DNA of 31,950 bases, from IMG/VR virus record IMGVR_UViG_3300012232_000037, positions 1 to 31,950 of that record, one strand, 5' to 3'. The notes below the pieces were generated by a model. It did no database searches. It was given only the letters and a program-made list of their open reading frames with translations, and had not been told where the DNA came from. Positions 17,701 through 24,757 of the stretch are shown in pieces; position 1 is the first letter of the stretch; each line of letters starts with the position of its first letter. Origin of the DNA: a virus. Its lineage: Duplodnaviria > Caudoviricetes. The translations under genes were made by a program, and so were the position numbers.

Positions 17701-18095
17701 TGCTCTTGGCTGTTGCTGGAGTACTGGCTGCCGACCGTGATGACGGAGGTCCAGGATCCGGTGGAGGTCGGGGTCGACCTCTCATAGACGTTCATCTGGT
17801 TCGCTGCGGTGCCGGAGACGATGCACACCAGTCTTCCAGAGACATTGAACGACATGCCGCAGGATCGGATCACCGCGCCGCCGCTACCAGCATCGAACAC
17901 CGTCTCAGCCGCGGACCACGTGGCACCCGAGTCGTCCGAATAGCGAGCCTTGATGTACCGACCGTCGCTGGTGGCGTACGCGACCCACAGACGACCACCC
18001 ACCAACCTGACGAGGTTGTTGCCGAACTGCGAGCCGTAGCTCATAGTCGCGGCGCCATGATCAGTCGTGATCGTCGTTTCGGTGAAGGTCGGCAT
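14763..18095 (-). CDS. Tail protein: two BNR/sialidase-like beta-propeller regions, repeat linker, C-terminal Dit-like domain
   Basis: Asp-box motifs SDDSGATW and SSDNGTTW each open a region of about 380-400 aa with repeated GxxHxxY / W-S/T blades. The C-terminal ~110 aa (VNRTRGG...LEEVRNFL...GKKIYYIDERGRKWVG...FEG) resembles a distal tail protein. Confidence 0.7.
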   Translation of the reverse strand: MPTFTETTITTDHGAATMSYGSQFGNNLVRLVGGRLWVAYATSDGRYIKARYSDDSGATWSAAETVFDAGSGGAVIRSCGMSFNVSGRLVCIVSGTAANQMNVYERSTPTSTGSWTSVITVGSQYSSNSQEHFYMLGSPLTDVFFLIQPASSGGGNSGTNRIAVTRYVPGSPWVGTAITGSPFALSNYSNGGGQFACYATRRVNPIIDAAGDIHFAAAGGRNSGSSVYTMFYGKISTPSGSPSYSVEEAYVSAGTTDAYAMIGVSIVLNSSGAPYIYWTWRAGSGSAINQAWGINKSSGSWSTAGRIPESDTTADGDYCIEANVVGGVPYIHYISPRRDGNTKFNHEHGTVTGAARTAWTNQNTYDDNAGGGGLYHAAFKCTQYDTGFAYIATKSTNTANLLFRIATDIDWDEGTAIYNQTISQTIRFNQQLSTQGFVIREVTSAAVNFIPGGGRQIVKTAAGVIWHVYYSGGSIKTSYSSDNGTTWTVVAVGPTWVPFGACMAIGAGDAPVLVLTRASNDDFYIYQWNGSTWVLKKQLNSPLAESESMQIVYTGSIYMLVSGFINTSSDRRVFSWTSSNLTTWTSLLIKDGDTAGTGPQRYRRVAACTDTNGYVHAVYSIRSGGTHKLYYRKYTGSWGTEELIHTASSGNNITDFHTGLSIAIDDLGQVHVACRVRGTIYTGRVRLAYFKRTTVWAAVEYVHDDVDADQGYPSLSLNLRTAIICFASSGLGLGVVHARRGSDGTWAKTTITSNTRDNIQTVHGPGYGSSLNYTRGVVGSMRGSEEYFYSTDIISGNAAAMENTINFTSILSTQQRVMSNGITFTSLLSAIRGIGLRSTIHFTQQLNFARTKVLTPGVIHFTQHLEGTIHTPITQTIHFTHELQGNKDPVKALSHTIHFTSSLNRVLEADMENTITFSGVLSTSVVKNLTITQTINFGSVLGLNFTLRKPLTGIINFIVGLVAMKADEGCEPAFTPERPIADPNDLDFVYLIGPLPDLQLTVQLKKPEYGNARRQSLQVKVNRTRGGKLRPHARTPTYEPQPLTWNELSYLKLEEVRNFLRVCKGKKIYYIDERGRKWVGYSTSSDIDLADEAFEKGGTFQMDFEGVLTV
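15210..15695 (-). repeat. Nine tandem 17-20 aa repeats, consensus hydrophobic-x-x-T-I-x-F-T-x-x-L
   Basis: MENTINFTSIL, MSNGITFTSLL, LRSTIHFTQQL, TPGVIHFTQHL, ITQTIHFTHEL, LSHTIHFTSSL, MENTITFSGVL, ITQTINFGSVL, LTGIINFIVGL. A tenth copy, ISQTIRFNQQL, lies at 16797-16832. Confidence 0.9.
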
Positions 18096-18111
18096 TGCTC
18101 ACCCTTGGAAG

Positions 18112-18171
18112 CCGGCGCCCAGTTTTACCCGAGCGCCGGTGAAGAGAGGGAAACGGCGCCGTGCCGCCGTT
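18112..18171 (-). terminator. Two intergenic hairpins, possible terminator or attenuator
   Basis: Minus strand: AACGGCG-GCACGG-CGCCGTT followed by TCCCTCTCTTC, then CCGGCGCTCGG-GTAAAA-CTGGGCGCCGG. The U-tract is poor. Confidence 0.45.
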
Positions 18172-18183
18172 AGACGACGAGGT

Positions 18184-19029
18184 CTAGCTCGCCGTCGTGC
18201 TCAGGGTGTACGTGAGCTTGAGGGTGTCGAGGTTCGACACCGTCTGGTTGCCGCCCGAGAACGTCGCCGTCATGAACAGCGTGCCGGTGTTCCCGCTCTT
18301 CGTGGACACGGACGTCAGGAAGCCACCGGCCACCGTGCCGGATCCGCTCATCGAGAAGTCCGACGTCGTGGTCGACGTCATCGATCCCGAGGACGCCGCA
18401 GTCTCGTCCCACGCGACGCGGTTCGTCTGGGAGTACGTCGTGTACTCCGTCCAGCCGGCGTGGCTGGCCATCGTGTCCGCGGCCGAGAGGGTCGGAGTCG
18501 AGCTGCCGTTGATCAGACCGAGGTACCACGTGGTCACCGGCGTTCCCGCGTGGAACTCCGTGTCCAGGATGTGGTTCAACCCGGCCGTCGTGATGCCGTT
18601 GATCTCGGCCGTGCGGATCGAGATCAGCTTCCCCTCGCGCCACTGCTCCGACGTCAGCGCGCCTCCGACGACGAGCGCACACGCGATCCCGGTGCGGATC
18701 ACGAACGCCTTCGTCCAGTTCCACGGCATCAGCTTCCTGACGAAGTTGATGAACGACTTCGCCGCAGCGACCATCGCTCCCTTCGTCAGGGCGAACGCGC
18801 CGATCATCGCCAGGCCCGTCTTGGCCTTCGACTCGATCTCCGCGCGGTTCATGAGGTGGGTCACCTCGTCCTCGCTCAGGTTGCCGAACTCGGCCTTGAG
18901 CTCGAGGAACTTCGAGAACCGGATCGTGCGGAGACGGTCCTCGCGCTCCGCAGTCCGCTTCGCGAGAGCGATCTGGCGCTCGCGCTCCTGTTCCGGCGTG
19001 AGCCGGACCACTTCCGCATCCATCCTCAT
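18184..19029 (-). CDS. Virion fibre/decoration-like protein: Ser/Thr-rich beta domain with charged N-terminal extension (281 aa)
   Basis: GGAGG RBS before ATG 19029. The C-terminal domain NGITTAGLNHILD...WYLGLI...DTMASHAGWTE...RVAW...F..SGSGTVAGGFL...GTLF...DTLKLTYTL is a pattern I recognise from phage structural proteins. Confidence 0.7.
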   Translation of the reverse strand: MRMDAEVVRLTPEQERERQIALAKRTAEREDRLRTIRFSKFLELKAEFGNLSEDEVTHLMNRAEIESKAKTGLAMIGAFALTKGAMVAAAKSFINFVRKLMPWNWTKAFVIRTGIACALVVGGALTSEQWREGKLISIRTAEINGITTAGLNHILDTEFHAGTPVTTWYLGLINGSSTPTLSAADTMASHAGWTEYTTYSQTNRVAWDETAASSGSMTSTTTSDFSMSGSGTVAGGFLTSVSTKSGNTGTLFMTATFSGGNQTVSNLDTLKLTYTLSTTAS

Positions 19030-19030
19030 G

Positions 19031-22000
19031 TCACTTCCTCCGGGTAAGAGCGGGTGCCTCGCCACGCTCGATGTGTCTCTTGAGAACCCTCGCCAGCTTC
19101 CGAGCATCAGCCTTCTTCGGTCCACCACCCTCGGAGCCGGCATTGATCGTGGTGCCCCGCATGTCAACGTTCGTCGTGTTCGTCGTGTTGTTGCTTGTGC
19201 TGCTGGTTCCGACCGGAGCTACCGTTGCGCCGGTGCCCTGCAGCAGCATGTTCTTCGTAGCCTCGTCATTGGCCAGAGCCTTGAGCAGGAAGTCCGGAAC
19301 CGTGGAGAGTTCCATCTTGACGGCCTTGATCTTCTCGATCGTCCGATCCAGGGCTTCGATCGCAGGGTCCTCTTGGATGTCGAGGAAGAACTGGGACTCC
19401 TCCATCAGCTCCATGATCCGGGTCTTGAAGCCCTCGAGCGCCTGTTGGTCCGGAGCCTGACCGAGCTTCTGCATGTCACGCGTCAGGTCGATGATGCTCT
19501 GAGAGAAGGCCTTGAACCGCGTCTCGATGACGTTGGCGTTGTTGAGGAAGGCTGCGGTTGCCTGCTCCGAGAGCGCCATCTTGTCTTCGATCGCGGTCTG
19601 CTCGGCCTGGTAGACCTTGTCCATCTCGGTCCGGAGTCGCTCGAGGGCGTCGACCACCGTCTCACGATTCTTCTTCGTGTTGAGGGTGTCGATGCCGAGG
19701 ATCGACTCGTAGATGCTGGACGCCTCTCCGATCAGCCGCTGAACCTCGTCACGGTCTCCCAGACCGGCGGCGATATTGGCTCGCTTCTCGAGCAGCTCGC
19801 CCCGTTCGATGCGGGACTTCATGATCTCGCCCGGAGTCTTGTCCTGCTCCTCGATCCGGTCGATGGACTGTTGAACCGCGTCGTCGTATCGCTCGCGGTC
19901 CTTGGTCAGGTCCTTGAGCTGACGCTGCAGGTTCTTGGTCAGCTGCTCTTGCTCGGTGGCCATCTTGCGATAGCCACTGATGATGTTCTTGATCGAGTCA
20001 GAGTTGTCGTGGACCCACTGCTTCAGCAGGACCTCACCGTCCTTGACCTGCTCCTTCAACTTGTTGATCACCAGTTCCTTGACCGCAGCAGCCTGATCCC
20101 TGATCGCCTCGGTCGCCGTGGAGGTCTTGATCTTGAGGGACTCCTGGAACTTGAGCAGGGCTTCGTGGTCCGCCTTGCTGTTTTCGATGATCGTGTCGAG
20201 GTCCCTGATCTCCTGCTGCAGCTCGTGGATCTTGTCAGCGTTGTCGCCCAGCGCCTTGGCAGAAGCCTTGGCGGGCTCGAAGATCATCCCGATGCCCTTG
20301 CCCCATTCCTGGAACGTCTGCTCGACCTTCTTGTCGTTCTCACGGATCTTGTCGTTGGCTTCGGTGATCTTGGCCTGGAGCTCGTTCCGCTTGGCGGTCA
20401 GCTCCTGGATCTTGGGAGCGTCGTCGCTGGCTCCGCGGTTCTTCATCGACTTGATCGTCTCGTCGATGCCTCGCAGCTCGGCCAGCCAGATCTTCGCGGC
20501 CGTCATGTTGAACGCGGTGGAGGTCGCAGTGGCGAGACCCTGCATACCCTTCCAGACCGAGTACACCGCAGCAGCCACGATGCCCATCAGAGCAGCCACA
20601 CCAGTTGCGACGAACTGGATCGTGCCGAGGAAGTAGCGAGAAGCGAGCTCGAGGGTCTTGAACTTCTGCTGGATCCCGAGCATCGCCGCTTCCACACCGC
20701 CCGACTTGTCGATCCACTCCCTAAAGCCTTCCATCAGGCCGGAACCCATCTCCATCGCGGAGATGCGCATCTGCGCCATCAGCCTGTTCCACCGGACCTC
20801 GGTGGTGTTCATCATCTCGCCGAGGTGGATGTCTCCCTCACCGACGGAAGCGAACATGTCTTCGAAGATCGACTTGAGAGCTTCGAACTGGGAGCCGGTG
20901 ATCTCACCCCAGGCCCGCAGCTCACGGAAGTCCTCGGTCATCTGCTCGATCAGCGCGGGGTTCTTGGCGAGAGCTTCGCGGATCTTCTCGATCTGCTTGA
21001 TGAACCCTTCGGCCTTCGTCTGCTCCGGCGAGAGCGTGATGCCCAAATCGCGGAGGATCTTCTTGGCCTCAGGTCCCTGCTTCGTGATCAGCTTGAAGAG
21101 GTTGATCAGCATCGTGCCCGCTTGCTCAGGTCCCTTGGTGCGGGACAGGGCTGCGAAGCCCGCGAGCATCTCCTGCATGTTCACGCCAGCCAGGGCGGCG
21201 ACGGAGGAGATCTTGCCGATTTCACCAGCGAACTGGTCGACCTCAACGCGACCACGATCGGTCATCACGAAGATCATGTCGCGAAGGCGGCTCATGTCCT
21301 CGGTGGTGAGCTTGAACGCGTTGCGCATCATGGACATCATGTCCGCGGTCTTCTCGATGGAAGTCGAGTGCGTAACCGCGAGTTTGCCCGCCTCGTCCAT
21401 GAACTTGCGGATTTCACCGGGAGGCACGTCGCTCGAGATGGCGATGCGGAAGCCTTCAGCCGAGGCCATCGGCGACATGCCGAATGCCTTCGAGAACTCC
21501 TTCACCTGGGAGGTCAGACGCGGCAGATCGGACTCGCCCTTCTTGACGAGGATCATGATCTTCTGCATCGCGTGCTCGAAGTCGCTGGCCATCTTGAACG
21601 TAGCGCCGAGCGTAGCACCGGTCACGAGAGCGAACAGACCGGAGATCGACGCGGTCATGAATGCCATCGAGCTACCGGCCGAGGAGAGCGAGCGAACGAG
21701 GGACATGACGCCCTTCGCGGCGGTCTGGCTGCCTCGTTCGATCGCGCTGAACGTACCGGCGACCATCTTGCTTTCGAGCTTCCCACCCACCCCGAACAGC
21801 GATCCGAAGAGACCACTGGTGTCGGGCTTGGTGATGTACTTCCTCGCGGTCGCGGCTTCCATGTGGACGAACATCTGGTTCATCTCACGGTTCGCATCGA
21901 CGCGTCGGACCTGGAGCTTCTCGGCCTTCTCCTTCTCGATCATCTTGAGGAGCTTCATCCGGTACGTCTGCTCCATCTCGATGCCAGCGAGGGTGCGCTT

Positions 22001-22975
22001 CAGACGGGCGTCGTCCTTGGCCTGGATCTCCGCCTTCTCCTTCTCGATCATTCCGAGCAGGGTGAGACGGTAGTCCTCGACCTCCTTCATCCGGGCCTGG
22101 GTACGCTTGAGCTCAGCGTCCTCCTGGTCCTGGATCTTCTTCTTTTCCTTACGGATGTCCTTGAGCAGCTTGAGGCGATAGGCCTCGGTCTCCTCCATGA
22201 GCTGGATGTTGCGCTTCAGACGAGCGTCGTCCTCGGCCTGATGCTGATCCTTGATGCGCTTCAGCTTCGCGATCTTGTCCTTGACGATGTCGATCGCAGC
22301 GCCGATCTTCGAGAGGTTCTTGGCTGCGTCGTCCTCACCGAAGCCCAGCGAGAACTTGGGGATCTTGACGCCAGCCACGTCGGCCATCTGGACGAGCTTG
22401 CGGTAGCGCTTCGCCTGCTGGAGAAGTCCCTGCTCCGCGAGGAAGTCGATGTCCTTCGTGAGGAGGATGTCCGGCGACATCCCGCGCTTCTTCTTGCCGG
22501 TGGTGGGGTCCACCGCATCGCGCATCTGACCGGGGCCGAGCTTGTCCTTCAGGGTCTCAGCCATGCTGAGAACCTTACGCCGCGCCTCTACGAAGAGGCC
22601 TTCGTCGATCGCCTGCTTCTTGAAGGCGAGACCGAGCTTGGCGAGGGACTGTTCGACGTTCGAGTTACCGACGATGAGCTTCATCACCTGGGCGTTAACC
22701 GCCTCTGAGGTGGAACCCATCGCGGCCATGATCTTGCCGGCTTCGGCACCCGAGGCGAGGAGGTTCGAGAGGGTGGCTTGCGTCTCGGCGCTCACGCCAC
22801 CGATTGCGGCGATGCCCGCACCCGCCTCCATGCTTCCGCCTGCCAGCTTCAGCAGGACGGCGTTCATGTTCTCCATGAACCCCATGAAGGCGACGGTGTG
22901 ACGCTGAGCCTGGCTCAGTCCCTCCGCCCACTTGGCGGAGTCTATTCCTAAACGAGCAGAGACCTCGTCACTCAT
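19031..22975 (-). CDS. Tail tape measure protein (TP901-type core)
   Basis: 1314 aa, helical, rich in Ala/Lys/Glu, directly after the chaperone pair. Core FEHAMQKI...FGMSPMASAEG...GVNMQEMLAGFAALS...AGTMLINL. Confidence 0.93.
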   Translation of the reverse strand: MSDEVSARLGIDSAKWAEGLSQAQRHTVAFMGFMENMNAVLLKLAGGSMEAGAGIAAIGGVSAETQATLSNLLASGAEAGKIMAAMGSTSEAVNAQVMKLIVGNSNVEQSLAKLGLAFKKQAIDEGLFVEARRKVLSMAETLKDKLGPGQMRDAVDPTTGKKKRGMSPDILLTKDIDFLAEQGLLQQAKRYRKLVQMADVAGVKIPKFSLGFGEDDAAKNLSKIGAAIDIVKDKIAKLKRIKDQHQAEDDARLKRNIQLMEETEAYRLKLLKDIRKEKKKIQDQEDAELKRTQARMKEVEDYRLTLLGMIEKEKAEIQAKDDARLKRTLAGIEMEQTYRMKLLKMIEKEKAEKLQVRRVDANREMNQMFVHMEAATARKYITKPDTSGLFGSLFGVGGKLESKMVAGTFSAIERGSQTAAKGVMSLVRSLSSAGSSMAFMTASISGLFALVTGATLGATFKMASDFEHAMQKIMILVKKGESDLPRLTSQVKEFSKAFGMSPMASAEGFRIAISSDVPPGEIRKFMDEAGKLAVTHSTSIEKTADMMSMMRNAFKLTTEDMSRLRDMIFVMTDRGRVEVDQFAGEIGKISSVAALAGVNMQEMLAGFAALSRTKGPEQAGTMLINLFKLITKQGPEAKKILRDLGITLSPEQTKAEGFIKQIEKIREALAKNPALIEQMTEDFRELRAWGEITGSQFEALKSIFEDMFASVGEGDIHLGEMMNTTEVRWNRLMAQMRISAMEMGSGLMEGFREWIDKSGGVEAAMLGIQQKFKTLELASRYFLGTIQFVATGVAALMGIVAAAVYSVWKGMQGLATATSTAFNMTAAKIWLAELRGIDETIKSMKNRGASDDAPKIQELTAKRNELQAKITEANDKIRENDKKVEQTFQEWGKGIGMIFEPAKASAKALGDNADKIHELQQEIRDLDTIIENSKADHEALLKFQESLKIKTSTATEAIRDQAAAVKELVINKLKEQVKDGEVLLKQWVHDNSDSIKNIISGYRKMATEQEQLTKNLQRQLKDLTKDRERYDDAVQQSIDRIEEQDKTPGEIMKSRIERGELLEKRANIAAGLGDRDEVQRLIGEASSIYESILGIDTLNTKKNRETVVDALERLRTEMDKVYQAEQTAIEDKMALSEQATAAFLNNANVIETRFKAFSQSIIDLTRDMQKLGQAPDQQALEGFKTRIMELMEESQFFLDIQEDPAIEALDRTIEKIKAVKMELSTVPDFLLKALANDEATKNMLLQGTGATVAPVGTSSTSNNTTNTTNVDMRGTTINAGSEGGGPKKADARKLARVLKRHIERGEAPALTRRK
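21917..22240 (-). repeat. Three 36-aa (108-bp) tandem repeats in the tape measure protein
   Basis: QAEDDARLKR...YRLKLLKDIRKEKKKI / QDQEDAELKR...YRLTLLGMIEKEKAEI / QAKDDARLKR...YRMKLLKMIEKEKAEK. Confidence 0.85.
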
Positions 22976-23186
22976 CCTCGGGTCCAGCCTTCTCCAGCAT
23001 TCTCAGCTGGGAGTACGCAAGGAGCAGAACCTGCTGGTTGTACGTCAGGTCATTCCACGGCTTTCCGTAGTAGCTGCGCGGGTCGACCAGCTCGACCGCG
23101 CGCAGCTGCCAGTAGTCCATGCTGCGACCGGAGTGCTTGGGCAGCTTCTCCGGCTGCCCGTGAACACCCCGGACGATCAGTTTCCC
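22968..23186 (-). CDS. Tail assembly chaperone frameshift extension (gpT-like), reached by a -1 shift
   Basis: The -1 frame is open from the slippery site: GKLIVRGVHGQPEKLPKHSGRSMDYWQLRAVELVDPRSYYGKPWNDLTYNQQVLLLAYSQLRMLEKAGPEDE, ending at TGA 22968-22970, which overlaps the first codons of the tape measure gene. Confidence 0.85.
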   Translation of the reverse strand, partial: GKLIVRGVHGQPEKLPKHSGRSMDYWQLRAVELVDPRSYYGKPWNDLTYNQQVLLLAYSQLRMLEKAGPEDE

Positions 23187-23695
23187 TTGGAAGTCTCGAT
23201 GTCCTCCGAGAGGTTCATGAGGCCGGTGATCTCACCCATGAGCTTGGTCAGATCGCCCATGGTCAGGCCGAACTCCACGAACCGATCGAACAGGCCGTAG
23301 AAGAACTCGGCCTTCGTGACGTCGGCGCCGTTCGCTTCGAAGTCCACGGACGGATCGTCGATCCCGTGGAAGAGGATGTAGGCCATGCGGCCGTGGATGA
23401 TCTTCGAGTTCGCCTCACGCCACTCCTTCGTCTCGACGTCGACGATGGTGGTCTTCTTCGTCTCCGGATCCCGCATGATGACGCCGGACGCGTTCTTCAG
23501 GTAGTCCTGCGGCTTCACGGGTTCCGGGAACAGCTCGAACATCTTCTGGTCGATGCCCATCGCGAGGGCACGGACCCTGATCTGGATCACTTCCTGCTGC
23601 TCGACCTGCTTGCCATCGACCTCCTCGGAGGTCGTACGCACGAGCGTGACGACCTTCCGAGGGGTGTTGAGCTTCGCCTTGCCACGGATCTTCAT
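23177..23695 (-). CDS. Tail assembly chaperone (gpG-like), 172 aa
   Basis: AAGGAG RBS, start MKIRGKAK, between tail tube and tape measure genes, ends ...SKGN at the slippery site. Confidence 0.85.
   Translation of the reverse strand: MKIRGKAKLNTPRKVVTLVRTTSEEVDGKQVEQQEVIQIRVRALAMGIDQKMFELFPEPVKPQDYLKNASGVIMRDPETKKTTIVDVETKEWREANSKIIHGRMAYILFHGIDDPSVDFEANGADVTKAEFFYGLFDRFVEFGLTMGDLTKLMGEITGLMNLSEDIETSKGN
23180..23186 (-). promoter_or_regulatory. Programmed -1 ribosomal frameshift site G GGA AAC
   Basis: X XXY YYZ heptamer in the correct phase, directly before the chaperone stop. The lambda G/GT site is GGGAAAG. Confidence 0.88.
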
Positions 23696-23745
23696 GTTCA
23701 GTTCTCCTTCTCTTCGGTGAAGCGGCCTAGACGCCGCGGTTGTAG

Positions 23746-24258
23746 CTAGACGCCTCGGGTGCTGGTGGGCTCGAGCGACGCGCAGATGCCCGTGTACGTC
23801 GTCATGTCCGCGTTGTCGCCCTCTTCGAAGGCGATGTCGTCGCAGTGGAAGTCCGGCAGAACGATGCGCTCGTTCTGGTCGATGCCGTTCGCCTCGCACG
23901 GGTTGTCGAGATCGAAGCGGATGTCGACGCAGTACGGACCGCAGTCCAGCGTGCTGACCCAGTCCGCCGCGTTGCCCACTCGGCGCATCGCGTCGGGAAC
24001 GGAGGGAACGGTCGCGAACGCCGTGAGCGTCCTGCCCGTCCACTCCTCGAACTTCGCCGAGAACGAGGCGTTCATCGGCTCTTCGTTGCCCTCGGCGAGT
24101 CCGGCGACTCGGCCGCGGTTCATGATCACCTTCGCCGGGCGGCGGACGTTGAACCGGAGGTTCCCGTCCTCGATCGGAACCACGAGGGTCTTCGGCGTCG
24201 TGCTGCCGTCGACCAGCGTGATCTGCCCGTGCGTCAGGTTTCTCGTCCTCTGACTCAC
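23746..24258 (-). CDS. Major tail tube protein
   Basis: AGGAGG RBS before GTG 24258 (MSQRTRNLTHGQITLVDG...). 170 aa, beta-rich, canonical position upstream of the chaperone. Confidence 0.75.
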   Translation of the reverse strand: MSQRTRNLTHGQITLVDGSTTPKTLVVPIEDGNLRFNVRRPAKVIMNRGRVAGLAEGNEEPMNASFSAKFEEWTGRTLTAFATVPSVPDAMRRVGNAADWVSTLDCGPYCVDIRFDLDNPCEANGIDQNERIVLPDFHCDDIAFEEGDNADMTTYTGICASLEPTSTRGV

Positions 24259-24268
24259 TGTTCTCCTC

Positions 24269-24757
24269 CTAGCTGGCGATGAGCACAGCCTGGAACGTGA
24301 CAACCACACTGTGGGTGTTACCCTGCTCCACAGCGAAATTGCCTTCACCTTGGAACGTGATGTTACGACGCGGCAGGTAACTTTGCCGTGCCTCTTTGAT
24401 CTGGAGAACTCCTATGACCGGCTCGGGAGCGACACCGATCGTTCTGATCGGGACATCCGTCTTCTCGAGCGCGGTGCGGAGTCTGGACGCCATCTTGAAT
24501 GGCGCCAGTGTGTCGTGGTCCTCTCGAGCTTCCTCGAGCTTGGAGCAGCAGGCGACCTGCCACACCATCATTCCACCCCAGACGGCCTTGCGCGTACGCA
24601 TACGGGCGTCACCGATCGGGGTGAAATCGAACCACTCCTCTGCTTCGTTGTTCGGTCGAACGCCTACTGAGTTGATCGTGGAATTGGGGAACGCGGCCTT
24701 GAGAGCTGCGAGGAACGACAGGTGAGCGTAGGGCTCGATCAGGTCGAGGTCACTCAT
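24269..24757 (-). CDS. Probable tail terminator / completion protein
   Basis: Start MSDLDLIEPY, 162 aa, positioned between the gp10-like gene and the tail tube. Call rests on synteny. Confidence 0.6.
   Translation of the reverse strand: MSDLDLIEPYAHLSFLAALKAAFPNSTINSVGVRPNNEAEEWFDFTPIGDARMRTRKAVWGGMMVWQVACCSKLEEAREDHDTLAPFKMASRLRTALEKTDVPIRTIGVAPEPVIGVLQIKEARQSYLPRRNITFQGEGNFAVEQGNTHSVVVTFQAVLIAS

Noticed and set aside
10552-18095. Tail-tip genes as diversity-generating retroelement targets
   Set aside because: No reverse transcriptase and no near-identical template/variable repeat pair differing at adenines was seen by eye.
18197-22708. 1503-aa ORF on the + strand opposite the tape measure gene
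   Set aside because: It is codon-for-codon in register with the tape measure gene. Stops would need TTA, CTA or TCA sense codons, which are rare in this high-GC gene. The Leu/Asp/Val-rich translation is the expected antisense shadow.
18137-23722. Shared 8-mer CTTCACCG (- strand) after hairpins in two intergenic regions (18137-18144 and 23715-23722), and GCTCGGGTA shared between 18126-18134 and the capsid-downstream hairpin
   Set aside because: Too short and too few copies to distinguish from chance in high-GC DNA.
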